This document shows, piece after piece, positions 16,421 through 24,445 of a stretch of 24,445 nt of DNA. Position 1 is the first letter of the stretch. Every line of letters starts with the position of its first letter. The notes beneath the pieces were generated by a model. The model was not told the origin of the DNA. It made no database searches and was given only the letters and a program-made list of their open reading frames with translations. A program made the position numbers and the translations under genes. The stretch comes from Candidatus Hydrogenedentota bacterium (lineage in GTDB: Bacteria > Hydrogenedentota > Hydrogenedentia > Hydrogenedentales > SLHB01): assembly GCA_034408725.1 (NCBI GenBank), contig JAWXCN010000251.1:1-24445 (forward strand), in the 5' to 3' direction.

Positions 16421-17533
16421 ATGTACGAAGACGAATCAACAGCGATTAAAGCCTACTCAGCGCGCCTCACGGAACTGCGCAAATGCCTCAACGTCGACGC
16501 CACCAAGGCGGACATCGCGGCCATTGAACGCGAAATGACTGCATCCAATTTCTGGGACGACGTCGAGGCTGCGCAAAAGGTCATGCAGCGCCTGAAATTG
16601 CTCAAAAGCTTTATCGCTTCGCCTGACGAACTCGAACGCGAGATCGAGGACGCCGGCGTGCTCGCGGAACTTGCGCAATCCGAGAATGACGAGTCCATGG
16701 CCGCGGAGCTCGCCAATTTAGCGAAAGGCCTTGGGGAGAAACTGGACCGCCTCGAAATCACGAGTTTGTTCACCGACCCGCGTGATTCAAAGGCCGCCAT
16801 CATCAACATTCATCCCGGCGCGGGGGGCACGGAATCCTGCGACTGGGCGCAGATGCTCTATCGCATGATCACGCGCTGCTGCGAGCGTCACGAGTTCGCC
16901 GTCGAAGTGGTGGACTACCAGGAAGGCGACGAAGCGGGGCTCAAAAGCGCCACGATTATCGCCGATGGACCTTTCGCGTATGGCAACCTCAAGTCCGAGG
17001 CGGGCGTACACCGCCTGGTGCGGATATCGCCGTTTGACGCAAACAAACGCCGCCACACGTCCTTCGCGGCAATCGAAGTCGTGCCGCAGGTCGATGAAGA
17101 CGTCGACATCGAATTGAACGAAGACGAAATCGTCATGCAGGTTTTTCGTTCAAGCGGGCCGGGCGGACAAAAGGTCAACAAGACCAGCTCCGCCGTGCGC
17201 CTCACGCATACGCCCACGGGCATCGTCGTGGCCTGCCAGATGGAGCGATCGCAGCACCGCAACCGCGCGACAGCGATGCAGATGCTCAAGGCGAAACTGT
17301 GGGACATCGAGATGCAGAAAAAGGAAGTCGAACGATTGGCGTTGCGTGAAGGGCAGCAAGACGTCGCGTGGGGCAGTCAAATCCGGAGTTACACGTTGCA
17401 TCCGTACCAGTTGATCAAGGATCATCGGACCGACACGGAAACCGGTAACGTTGACCGCGTGCTCGACGGCGACCTCGATCTGTTCATCAGCGCGTACCTG
17501 AAGTGGAACCTGCAGCGAAAGGGACGAAACTAA
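16421..17533 (+). CDS. prfB: Peptide chain release factor 2 (single reading frame)
   Basis: GAGGTESCDWA, GVHRLVRISPFD (SPF), GPGGQ, WGSQIRSY. Confidence 0.98.
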   Translation: MYEDESTAIKAYSARLTELRKCLNVDATKADIAAIEREMTASNFWDDVEAAQKVMQRLKLLKSFIASPDELEREIEDAGVLAELAQSENDESMAAELANLAKGLGEKLDRLEITSLFTDPRDSKAAIINIHPGAGGTESCDWAQMLYRMITRCCERHEFAVEVVDYQEGDEAGLKSATIIADGPFAYGNLKSEAGVHRLVRISPFDANKRRHTSFAAIEVVPQVDEDVDIELNEDEIVMQVFRSSGPGGQKVNKTSSAVRLTHTPTGIVVACQMERSQHRNRATAMQMLKAKLWDIEMQKKEVERLALREGQQDVAWGSQIRSYTLHPYQLIKDHRTDTETGNVDRVLDGDLDLFISAYLKWNLQRKGRN

Positions 17534-17537
17534 CGCC

Positions 17538-19040
17538 ATGTCCGACACACACCATTCAACCGAAGACGATTTGAAGCAGCACCGTCTCGAAAAACTTGAG
17601 CGCATCCGCGCGCGCGGCGATGAACCGTTCAAATACAATTTCTCGCGCACCGCGACAATTGGCGAAGCGCGCGCTTCGTTCGAAGCGCAGGAATCGGCAG
17701 CGTCCGATCCCGCTGCCGTGCAGCTTTCCGCAAGTCTTGCGGGGCGCGTTGTATCCTTTCGTGATCACGGCAAAAGCGCGTTTGCCGATATTCGGGACGA
17801 ACGCGCCCGTATCCAGGTGTACTTTGGCCAGAAGAAGATCGGCGATGATGCTTTCGCGGCGTTGTCCGATCTCGATCTCGGCGATTTCATTGGTGTAACC
17901 GGCGTAGTTCACAAGACGCGAACGGGCGAGGTTACCATCTTCGCCGATTCGTACACCGTTTTGACCAAGTCGCTTCGCGCGTTGCCGGAAAAATATCACG
18001 GTCTTACCGACGTCGAAACGCGCTACCGCCAGCGGTATCTCGACATGGTTGCGAATCCCGAAGTGCTCGAGGTGTTCCGCAAACGCATCACGTTGATCGA
18101 CGCGATGCGATCGTGGCTCACGTCCCGCGGCTTTCTGGAAGTGGAAACGCCGATGCTCCAGCCGCTGCCCGGCGGCGCAAGCGCGCGCCCGTTCATCACG
18201 CACCACAACACCTTCGACTGCGACCTCTACATGCGCATCGCGCCTGAGCTGTATCTCAAGCGGTTGATTGTGGGTGGGTTCGAGCGCGTCTTCGAGATCA
18301 ACCGGAATTTCCGCAACGAAGGCGTGGACACGCGGCACAATCCCGAATTCACCATGATGGAACTCTACGAGGCTTACCAGGATTATTTGGGATTGATGGA
18401 TGAAACCGAGGAATTGTTTTGTGCGGTCATTGATGCCGTGAACGGCGGGCCGCAATTCGAGTATCAGGAAACGACCATTGACGCGACGCGTCCGTGGAAG
18501 CGGATAAAACTGTTTGACGCGATTCGAGAGTACGCGGGCATCGATCTCGAATCCACGCGCGACCGCGATGAAGCGGCGCGGCTTGCGAAAAGCGCCGGGG
18601 TGAAGATTGACAACACCATGGGCTACGGTAAAATCGTGGACGAAGTCATGAGCGCGAAGGTAAAGCCGAACCTTGTGCAGCCCACGTTTCTCTACGATTA
18701 TCCCGTCGAGATTTCGCCGCTCGCAAAGAAACACCGCGATAATCCCGCGCTCACCGAGCGGTTCCAGGCGTTTATCGGCACGCTCGAACTGTGCAATGCG
18801 TTTTCCGAACTCAACGACCCAATCGATCAGCGCGAACGATTTATGCAGCAGGGCGCGGAACGCGAGCGCGGCGACGAAGAAGCGCAGCAACTCGACGAAG
18901 ACTTTATCACCGCCCTGGAAATCGGCATGCCGCCGACTGCTGGGCTCGGAATCGGGATTGATCGCCTGGCCATGCTGCTGACCAACTCCGGGTCGATCCG
19001 CGACGTGATACTATTCCCGCTATTACGGCCCATCGAGTGA
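17538..19040 (+). CDS. lysS: Lysine--tRNA ligase (class II)
   Basis: RYRQRYLD, FLEVETPML, RNFRNEG, HNPEFTMMELY, GMPPTAGLGIGIDRL. Confidence 0.99.
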   Translation: MSDTHHSTEDDLKQHRLEKLERIRARGDEPFKYNFSRTATIGEARASFEAQESAASDPAAVQLSASLAGRVVSFRDHGKSAFADIRDERARIQVYFGQKKIGDDAFAALSDLDLGDFIGVTGVVHKTRTGEVTIFADSYTVLTKSLRALPEKYHGLTDVETRYRQRYLDMVANPEVLEVFRKRITLIDAMRSWLTSRGFLEVETPMLQPLPGGASARPFITHHNTFDCDLYMRIAPELYLKRLIVGGFERVFEINRNFRNEGVDTRHNPEFTMMELYEAYQDYLGLMDETEELFCAVIDAVNGGPQFEYQETTIDATRPWKRIKLFDAIREYAGIDLESTRDRDEAARLAKSAGVKIDNTMGYGKIVDEVMSAKVKPNLVQPTFLYDYPVEISPLAKKHRDNPALTERFQAFIGTLELCNAFSELNDPIDQRERFMQQGAERERGDEEAQQLDEDFITALEIGMPPTAGLGIGIDRLAMLLTNSGSIRDVILFPLLRPIE

Positions 19041-19044
19041 TCGC

Positions 19045-20307
19045 ATGAAGTTTGAAGCCTACGTTGCCCTCCGCTACCTTCGTGGTAAACGGAAGAACCG
19101 TTTTGTAAGTCTCATCACGATCATCTCCGTTGCGGGGGTGAGCGTCGGTGTCATGGCGCTCATCGTCGTCATGAGTGTCATGACTGGGTTTGACGAAGAA
19201 CTCACCGCCGCCATCATGGGCAACAACGCGCATCTGCAAGTGTTCAACGCGTTCGGCGATCCCATCGAAGACGCCGATACTCTCATCGCGGAATTGCAGG
19301 CCGGCGTGCCGGAAATTCGCGCGGCCGCGCCATTCACCACGTTCAACGCAATCCTGCGCCGCAGCGGAAATTTTCAGGACTATGGATATTCGTTCATACT
19401 GGGCATCGACGTCGAACGCGAGCAGCAAGTCACCGACATCGAAGAAAACCTTACCAGCAATCGCGGCCGCGAAAATGGTTATGGGGAACTGCCCGGGGAC
19501 GACGAAATTGTCCTGGGCTGGATTCTTGCGCGCGACCTTGGCGTATATATCGGCGATCAGGTCGTCGTAATCACGCCGAAGGACCGCCCGAGCCCGCTAT
19601 CCAGCGATCCCGTGCGCCAAAAATTTCTCACGGTTAGCGGAATCGCCGAAGCGCAGGTGCAGGACTTCGATTCACTCTACGCCTTCATCACGCTTGACAC
19701 AGCGAACCAGATCAAGGGTCAGCAAGGCGCGGACGGCGTCCATTGCATGTTGCACGATCCATTGGTGGCCGGAGAACTTGCCGCGAAGATCGAGAACGAC
19801 TTTGGATACCAGGTTTCAACGTGGTACGACAGCCAGAGCTATTTCTTTGAAGCGCTTCAGCAGGAAAAAGTCGCGATGTTCATTATCCTCATGTTCATCG
19901 TGCTGGTTGCCGCGTTTAACATCACCAGCACGCTGATCATGATCGTCATGGAAAAGAAACGCGATATCGGAATTCTGCGAACACTCGGTGTGAGTCCCAC
20001 GGCAATCATAACCCTGTTCATGATCGAAGGATTGTACATTGGTCTTGGGGGCACCTTTCTGGGCGTTATCCTGGGCATTGTGTTCGCCCAATACCTCAAT
20101 CCGATTGCCGGATTTATCGCGTGGCTGCTTGGCGTGGATTTGTTTAACAGCGTAATCTATCACTTTACCCATATTCCTGTTTCCATACATCCCTCCGATA
20201 TTATCGCAATTACAATCTCGGCCGTAATACTCACGTTTATTTCAACGCTCTATCCCGCGTGGAGCGCGTCGCGCCTCGACCCGGTGGATGCCTTGCGCTA
20301 TGAGTGA
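19045..20307 (+). CDS. lolE: Lipoprotein-releasing ABC transporter permease (LolC/E)
   Basis: VMSVMTGF, VAAFNITSTLIMIVMEKKRDIGILRTLG, YPAWSASRLDPVDALRYE. Confidence 0.92.
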   Translation: MKFEAYVALRYLRGKRKNRFVSLITIISVAGVSVGVMALIVVMSVMTGFDEELTAAIMGNNAHLQVFNAFGDPIEDADTLIAELQAGVPEIRAAAPFTTFNAILRRSGNFQDYGYSFILGIDVEREQQVTDIEENLTSNRGRENGYGELPGDDEIVLGWILARDLGVYIGDQVVVITPKDRPSPLSSDPVRQKFLTVSGIAEAQVQDFDSLYAFITLDTANQIKGQQGADGVHCMLHDPLVAGELAAKIENDFGYQVSTWYDSQSYFFEALQQEKVAMFIILMFIVLVAAFNITSTLIMIVMEKKRDIGILRTLGVSPTAIITLFMIEGLYIGLGGTFLGVILGIVFAQYLNPIAGFIAWLLGVDLFNSVIYHFTHIPVSIHPSDIIAITISAVILTFISTLYPAWSASRLDPVDALRYE

Positions 20308-20980
20308 CGCCGTTATCGAATGCAAAGGTATTGAAAAAACCTACCACGATGGCGCGCGGGAGCTGCGCATTCTCCGTGGCGTGGATTTGCTTGTGCGCGT
20401 GGGGGAGAGCCTCGCGATCAGCGGGCCTTCCGGAGTTGGGAAAAGCACGCTGCTGCACATCATGGGTACGCTCGACAAACCGAGCGCGGGCGACGTCTAC
20501 TTTCGCGGAACCGCGTACTCGAAAACACCGCGCGGCGTTATCAACCGCATCCGCAACGAAAACATTGGATTTGTTTTCCAGTTCTACCATTTATTGCCGG
20601 AGTTCACCGCGCTCGAGAATGTGATGATGCCCGCCATCAGCATGGGCAAGCGACGCGACGCGTGCCGGCCCCGCGCCGAGGAGTTGTTGGAGAAGGTCGG
20701 GCTGGCCGAGCGCATGACTCATAAACCCGGCATGCTCAGCGGAGGCGAGCAACAACGCGTCGCGATTGCGCGAGCACTGTTCAACAAGCCGAGCGTGGTG
20801 CTGGCGGATGAGCCCACGGGAAACCTCGACGAAAAAACCGGTGCGGGAATTGTGGATTTGTTGTGGGAGCTGAATGATTCCGAGGATATGACGCTGGTGA
20901 TTGTCACCCATCACGAAGCGCTTGCGAAACAGGCGGATCGGTGGGTGTACTTGCACGAGGGTCTCGCGGAGGAACGTTAA
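20300..20980 (+). CDS. lolD: Lipoprotein-releasing ABC transporter ATPase
   Basis: GPSGVGKSTLLH, GFVFQFYHLLPEFTALENV, LSGGEQQRVAIARAL, ADEPTGNLD. Confidence 0.95.
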   Translation: MSDAVIECKGIEKTYHDGARELRILRGVDLLVRVGESLAISGPSGVGKSTLLHIMGTLDKPSAGDVYFRGTAYSKTPRGVINRIRNENIGFVFQFYHLLPEFTALENVMMPAISMGKRRDACRPRAEELLEKVGLAERMTHKPGMLSGGEQQRVAIARALFNKPSVVLADEPTGNLDEKTGAGIVDLLWELNDSEDMTLVIVTHHEALAKQADRWVYLHEGLAEER

Positions 20981-20983
20981 CTG

Positions 20984-21277
20984 CGGGTATCGGGTATCGG
21001 GTATGGAGCGGTTTTGTGCTCGTCGTCGTAATCGAATTTTCGACTTGCGCGGCATTTTGCTGCATCACGATTGAATATGGATTTCCACGGAGGCGATTGC
21101 CCCCTTCGCTATGTCGCGTCGCGCCATTGGCGCCTGAGATTGCGGGCCGGAAGTTTGGGTGCGTTGTGACTTCGGGGATCGATTACGATACGAGAACGAT
21201 TACGACCCAACACTCGCGCGAGCGCCAATTACGATTACAACCCGGAACCCGACACCCAATACCCGAAACCCGATACC
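20984..21277. repeat. Nested inverted short-tandem-repeat region between the convergent lolD and ferredoxin genes
   Basis: (CGGGTAT)x3 at 20984-21004 opposite five ACCCGAN-like heptamers at ~21240-21277; inner CTCGTCGTCGTAATCGA (~21019-21035) opposite TCGATTACGATACGAG (~21179-21194). Confidence 0.7.
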
Positions 21278-21279
21278 AA

Positions 21280-21618
21280 CTACTTCCCGCCGGGGGTACG
21301 GTCCAATTCGCCCAGTTTGTTTTCCTGGTCTTTGGATTCTTCCGCTGTCGGAAGGGCTTCGCCGGTCTCGTTTATTACGGGCCATTCTGGGGAAAGTTCC
21401 TTGTTTAATTCGATGAAATGGTTCCACTTCTCCGGCAGGTCTTCCTCCGGATAGATGGCATGCACGGGGCACTCGTCCACACATGCCCCGCAATCGATGC
21501 ACTCATCCGGATCGATGACAAGCATATTCGCGCCTTCATGGAAACAGTCAACGGGGCACACCGCAACGCAATCGGTATATTTGCACTTGATGCACGGATC
21601 GGCAACTACGTGGGACAT
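21280..21618 (-). CDS. fdxA: Ferredoxin, FdxA / Azotobacter FdI type
   Basis: [18 protein letters not shown] and [22 protein letters not shown]. Confidence 0.93.
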   Translation of the reverse strand: MSHVVADPCIKCKYTDCVAVCPVDCFHEGANMLVIDPDECIDCGACVDECPVHAIYPEEDLPEKWNHFIELNKELSPEWPVINETGEALPTAEESKDQENKLGELDRTPGGK

Positions 21619-21809
21619 GATAACCTCCTGTAAGCCGCTATGGATACCATCTTGGAGGGGTGAGTGTCAAGAACGTGGCCGCAACACAATCATGTTCTCA
21701 TACCGGTGCGCTGGCTGCAAGACGGGGTTTTCCGCAACTATCGCGGAATTCCGGCACCGCATTATTACATCGTTTGCGCCGGAATGCCGGGGAAACGTAC
21801 AATTGCCCG

Positions 21810-22511
21810 ATGGTCTGCCATTTCCATCGCCGGGTGTCCGGCTTTACGCTTGTCGAGCTGCTCGTGTCTATCGCCATCATGTCCGTTTTGCTCGCCCTGT
21901 TGCTGCCCGCGCTATCGAAGGCACGGGAAAGCGCGCGTAGGGCGAGTTGCACGAACAACCTCAAACAGATAGGCATGGCCTTCGAGTTGTACGCTCTCGA
22001 GAACAAGGAATATTACCCCGCCGCCACCGATCCGCTGAGCACCAGCCCTTTCTACTGGCTGTGGATGGGCCGCGGCTGGCGCACCATGATCACGGAGTAC
22101 ATTCCCGGCAACAAAGAGAATCCCGGTGTGTTTTGGTGTGCAAGCGACCACACGGCGGAAAAAGATTTTGAAAGCACGTCCTACGCGTACTCGATGGCGT
22201 TTTATCACTCCCCGGACCAAATCAATGCAATGACCACGACCGATGCCTGCTACTCGAACCCGGTTGAAACCATTCCGCAGCGGATGCCCGCGCTGCGCGA
22301 TCCGAGCAACAAGATTCTCGTCGGCGAGTGGTTCTCCAACCACAACGCGTGGGGGAAGGATCAGGGATGGTTCGATACCGGTGGCAAGCGGCTTTTTCTG
22401 TTCGCTGACGGACACGTCGAATACCTAAACTGGGACGATATTACTCCCGCGAACGACGGGTTGCCGAATCCGAATTTGACCAAAGACGGCATTAGCGGAT
22501 CGGACCGATAG
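21810..22511 (+). CDS. Prepilin-type N-methylation protein (DUF1559 / H-X9-DG type)
   Basis: [35 protein letters not shown]-terminal FLFADGHV; start placed at ATG 21810. Confidence 0.88.
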   Translation: MVCHFHRRVSGFTLVELLVSIAIMSVLLALLLPALSKARESARRASCTNNLKQIGMAFELYALENKEYYPAATDPLSTSPFYWLWMGRGWRTMITEYIPGNKENPGVFWCASDHTAEKDFESTSYAYSMAFYHSPDQINAMTTTDACYSNPVETIPQRMPALRDPSNKILVGEWFSNHNAWGKDQGWFDTGGKRLFLFADGHVEYLNWDDITPANDGLPNPNLTKDGISGSDR

Positions 22512-22582
22512 CCGGTAACATGCAGCGCAACGATGCCGTGGTTTACAATGAGAGCGGCAGTAGCACAACGAGGTATGGAACC

Positions 22583-23287
22583 ATGATTAAGAACGCGAAG
22601 ACACTACGGGCCGTTGTCGCCACCATGCTGGCGTGCGGCGTGGCGTTTGCCCAAAAAGACGGCGCGGAAATCAAGGGCGCGCCCATTGATGCGCCCGTGA
22701 AGGGCGAGGAATCACCGCGCGGGAGCGCGCCCGCAGGCCAGCCTCTGGGGCAGGCGTTGCCGCAGGAATCGCTGGATTTGCTTGAACAGGCGGAGGCAGG
22801 CGCGTCCAAAGACCCCACGAAATTCGAGAAGACCAAGGACGGAAAATACCTCAAGGTCACGTTCAATGCCCTTGGGAGTTTTCCCTATGAAGTGCCCGAT
22901 CCAGACGCCATCCTGGCAAGCCCGACACCGAATAAGCCACTGGTGGACCAAATCCCCACGCCGATAAAGGAGCTGAACACGAAGCCCGCCGTCGTGGTCG
23001 GGTTCATGGTCCCCGTCGAAGTCGATAATAAAGGCGCGGTGAAAACTTTCGCGCTGACCCAAAACCAGATGTACTGCTGCTTCGGCGTGCCGCCTTCGAT
23101 GAACGAATGGATCATGGTCAGCATGGAAGGCGAACCCGCGAAATACTATTCAGAACTTCCCGTCGCCGCGTTCGGCAAACTCGAAGTTGGCGAGGAATTC
23201 GAAGACGGTTACGTCATGAGCGTCTATCGCATCAAATGCGAGAAAGTCATGGACGTGCGCGAACTGTTGCAACAGGCTAAAGGCTGA
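22583..23287 (+). CDS. Exported DUF3299-like protein
   Basis: Signal peptide ending in AFA; GFMVP, CCFGVPP..NEWI and VYRI motifs. Confidence 0.7.
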   Translation: MIKNAKTLRAVVATMLACGVAFAQKDGAEIKGAPIDAPVKGEESPRGSAPAGQPLGQALPQESLDLLEQAEAGASKDPTKFEKTKDGKYLKVTFNALGSFPYEVPDPDAILASPTPNKPLVDQIPTPIKELNTKPAVVVGFMVPVEVDNKGAVKTFALTQNQMYCCFGVPPSMNEWIMVSMEGEPAKYYSELPVAAFGKLEVGEEFEDGYVMSVYRIKCEKVMDVRELLQQAKG

Positions 23288-23301
23288 CAAGCCCACACCG
23301 C

Positions 23302-24219
23302 ATGGGCGTCGACGTAATCGTCGTCAGCTACAACACACGCGACCTGCTCCGCGCGTGCCTTACAAGCGTCGCGGCAACCACTGCTGACGTCGACGGCGTC
23401 TCCGTATATGTAGTCGATAACGCCAGCAGCGACGGTTCGGCCGGCATGGTCCACGCCGATTTCCCTACCGCGCACTTGACAGCTCTCGACCGTAACATCG
23501 GATTCGGACCAGCGAACAATCGCGGCTTGCGCGCGGGCCACGGCGAACTTCTGCTCTTTTTGAATTCCGACGCCGAGCTCACGCCGGAAGCGTTGCGCAC
23601 GCTCGTGTTATTCCTGGCGGGCCATCCCAGATGCGTCGCCGTGGGTCCCCGGCTAGAATATCCCGATGGCCGGTTCCAATTTTCGTGCCGGCGTTTCCCA
23701 ACGCTCTTGCGAAGCATCTGGAACACAACAGGTCTGCAACGGCGGTTTCCCAAAGCGTTTCGCTCGCTGCATTCATGGCTGACCGAAGCTGAACACGTCG
23801 ATGGAGCGATTGTGGATATGGTTTCCGGCGCATGCTTCCTGATGCGACGCGACTACCTCGAATCAATCGGCGGATTTGACGAAAACCTGTTTCTTTACGA
23901 AGAAGAAATGGACATCATGTTGCCCGCGCGCCGCCGTGGAAAGGACGTTTGCTACTGCGCAAGTGCGTGCGTGGTGCACCATCACGGCGCAAGCAGCGGA
24001 GAACAGGAAGCCAGCGACATCTCGCTCTCGCACCTGTACCGAAGCAAATACTATGCGTTCCGCAAACACTACGGCGAATTGACCGCGTGGCTGGTATTTG
24101 CCACCGACTACGCAGTGTTTCAAATCAGTATCGTTCTGAATCGCCTACGCGGGACGTCAACACCCGCAACCCGCAACGCGGCGTTCTGCCTCCGCGGCTA
24201 CAAAAACTCCCGCCCTTAA
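23302..24219 (+). CDS. Family 2 glycosyltransferase (WbbL/rhamnosyltransferase-like)
   Basis: VIVVSYN, VVDNASSDGS, NIGFGPANN, LNSD, SGACFL, GGFDENLFLYEEEMD, HHHGAS. Confidence 0.92.
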   Translation: MGVDVIVVSYNTRDLLRACLTSVAATTADVDGVSVYVVDNASSDGSAGMVHADFPTAHLTALDRNIGFGPANNRGLRAGHGELLLFLNSDAELTPEALRTLVLFLAGHPRCVAVGPRLEYPDGRFQFSCRRFPTLLRSIWNTTGLQRRFPKAFRSLHSWLTEAEHVDGAIVDMVSGACFLMRRDYLESIGGFDENLFLYEEEMDIMLPARRRGKDVCYCASACVVHHHGASSGEQEASDISLSHLYRSKYYAFRKHYGELTAWLVFATDYAVFQISIVLNRLRGTSTPATRNAAFCLRGYKNSRP

Positions 24220-24240
24220 CAAGACTGAAAACCCAAACTG

Positions 24241-24393
24241 GCCCGCGCGGCAGCGCCTTGGAGTGCGGTAGCGAAGCTACCGCTTTCCCTTCGGCGATAG
24301 ATGGACGCGGGTATCGGCGCAAGACTACGTCCACACAAAGCGGTGACTGCGCTACCCGCTTCGCCACCGCAGTCCAAGGCGCTACGCGCGGGC
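24241..24393. repeat. Long inverted REP-like element (REPIN-like)
   Basis: GCGCCTTGGAGTGCGGTAGCGAAGC matches the reverse complement of the right arm (GCGCCTTGGACTGCGGTGGCGAAGC) at 23/25; outer GCCCGCGCG/CGCGCGGGC; internal hairpin GCGGTAGC-GAA-GCTACCGC. Confidence 0.75.
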
Positions 24394-24445
24394 TAGCGTA
24401 GTTTGAGCCGGGTTGGGGGTATTGCTGCAAGACTGAGTCTACGCA

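Noticed and set aside
17556-18890. 444-aa minus-strand ORF
   Set aside because: Antisense shadow of lysS
20984-21277. CRISPR array
   Set aside because: Repeat units are 6-7 nt with no unique spacers, and there are no cas genes

Overview
A 24.4-kb bacterial window with a high-GC backbone and one lower-GC accessory stretch. The left arm carries a FadL-type outer-membrane transporter, an atypical sigma54 response regulator, a CtaA/COX15 heme A synthase, thiH and an SGNH hydrolase. The right arm carries rpsB-tsf-pyrH-frr-uppS-cdsA-prfB-lysS-lolE/C-lolD, a 7Fe ferredoxin, a prepilin-like DUF1559 protein, a DUF3299 protein and a GT2 glycosyltransferase. The lineage is not determined, though DUF1559, the short EF-Ts and the REP-like palindromes fit Hydrogenedentes or a PVC-like organism (inference). 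The accessory stretch (~6.3-11.7 kb) holds three decayed or orphan toxin-antitoxin remnants and the best candidate for a new system. That candidate is a 1193-aa protein joining a DUF4062 (TIR-like) domain, a reordered dikinase-type module (helical domain, phospho-His swivel, ATP-grasp) and a C-terminal HD domain. All family calls come from reading motifs by eye; no searches were run.
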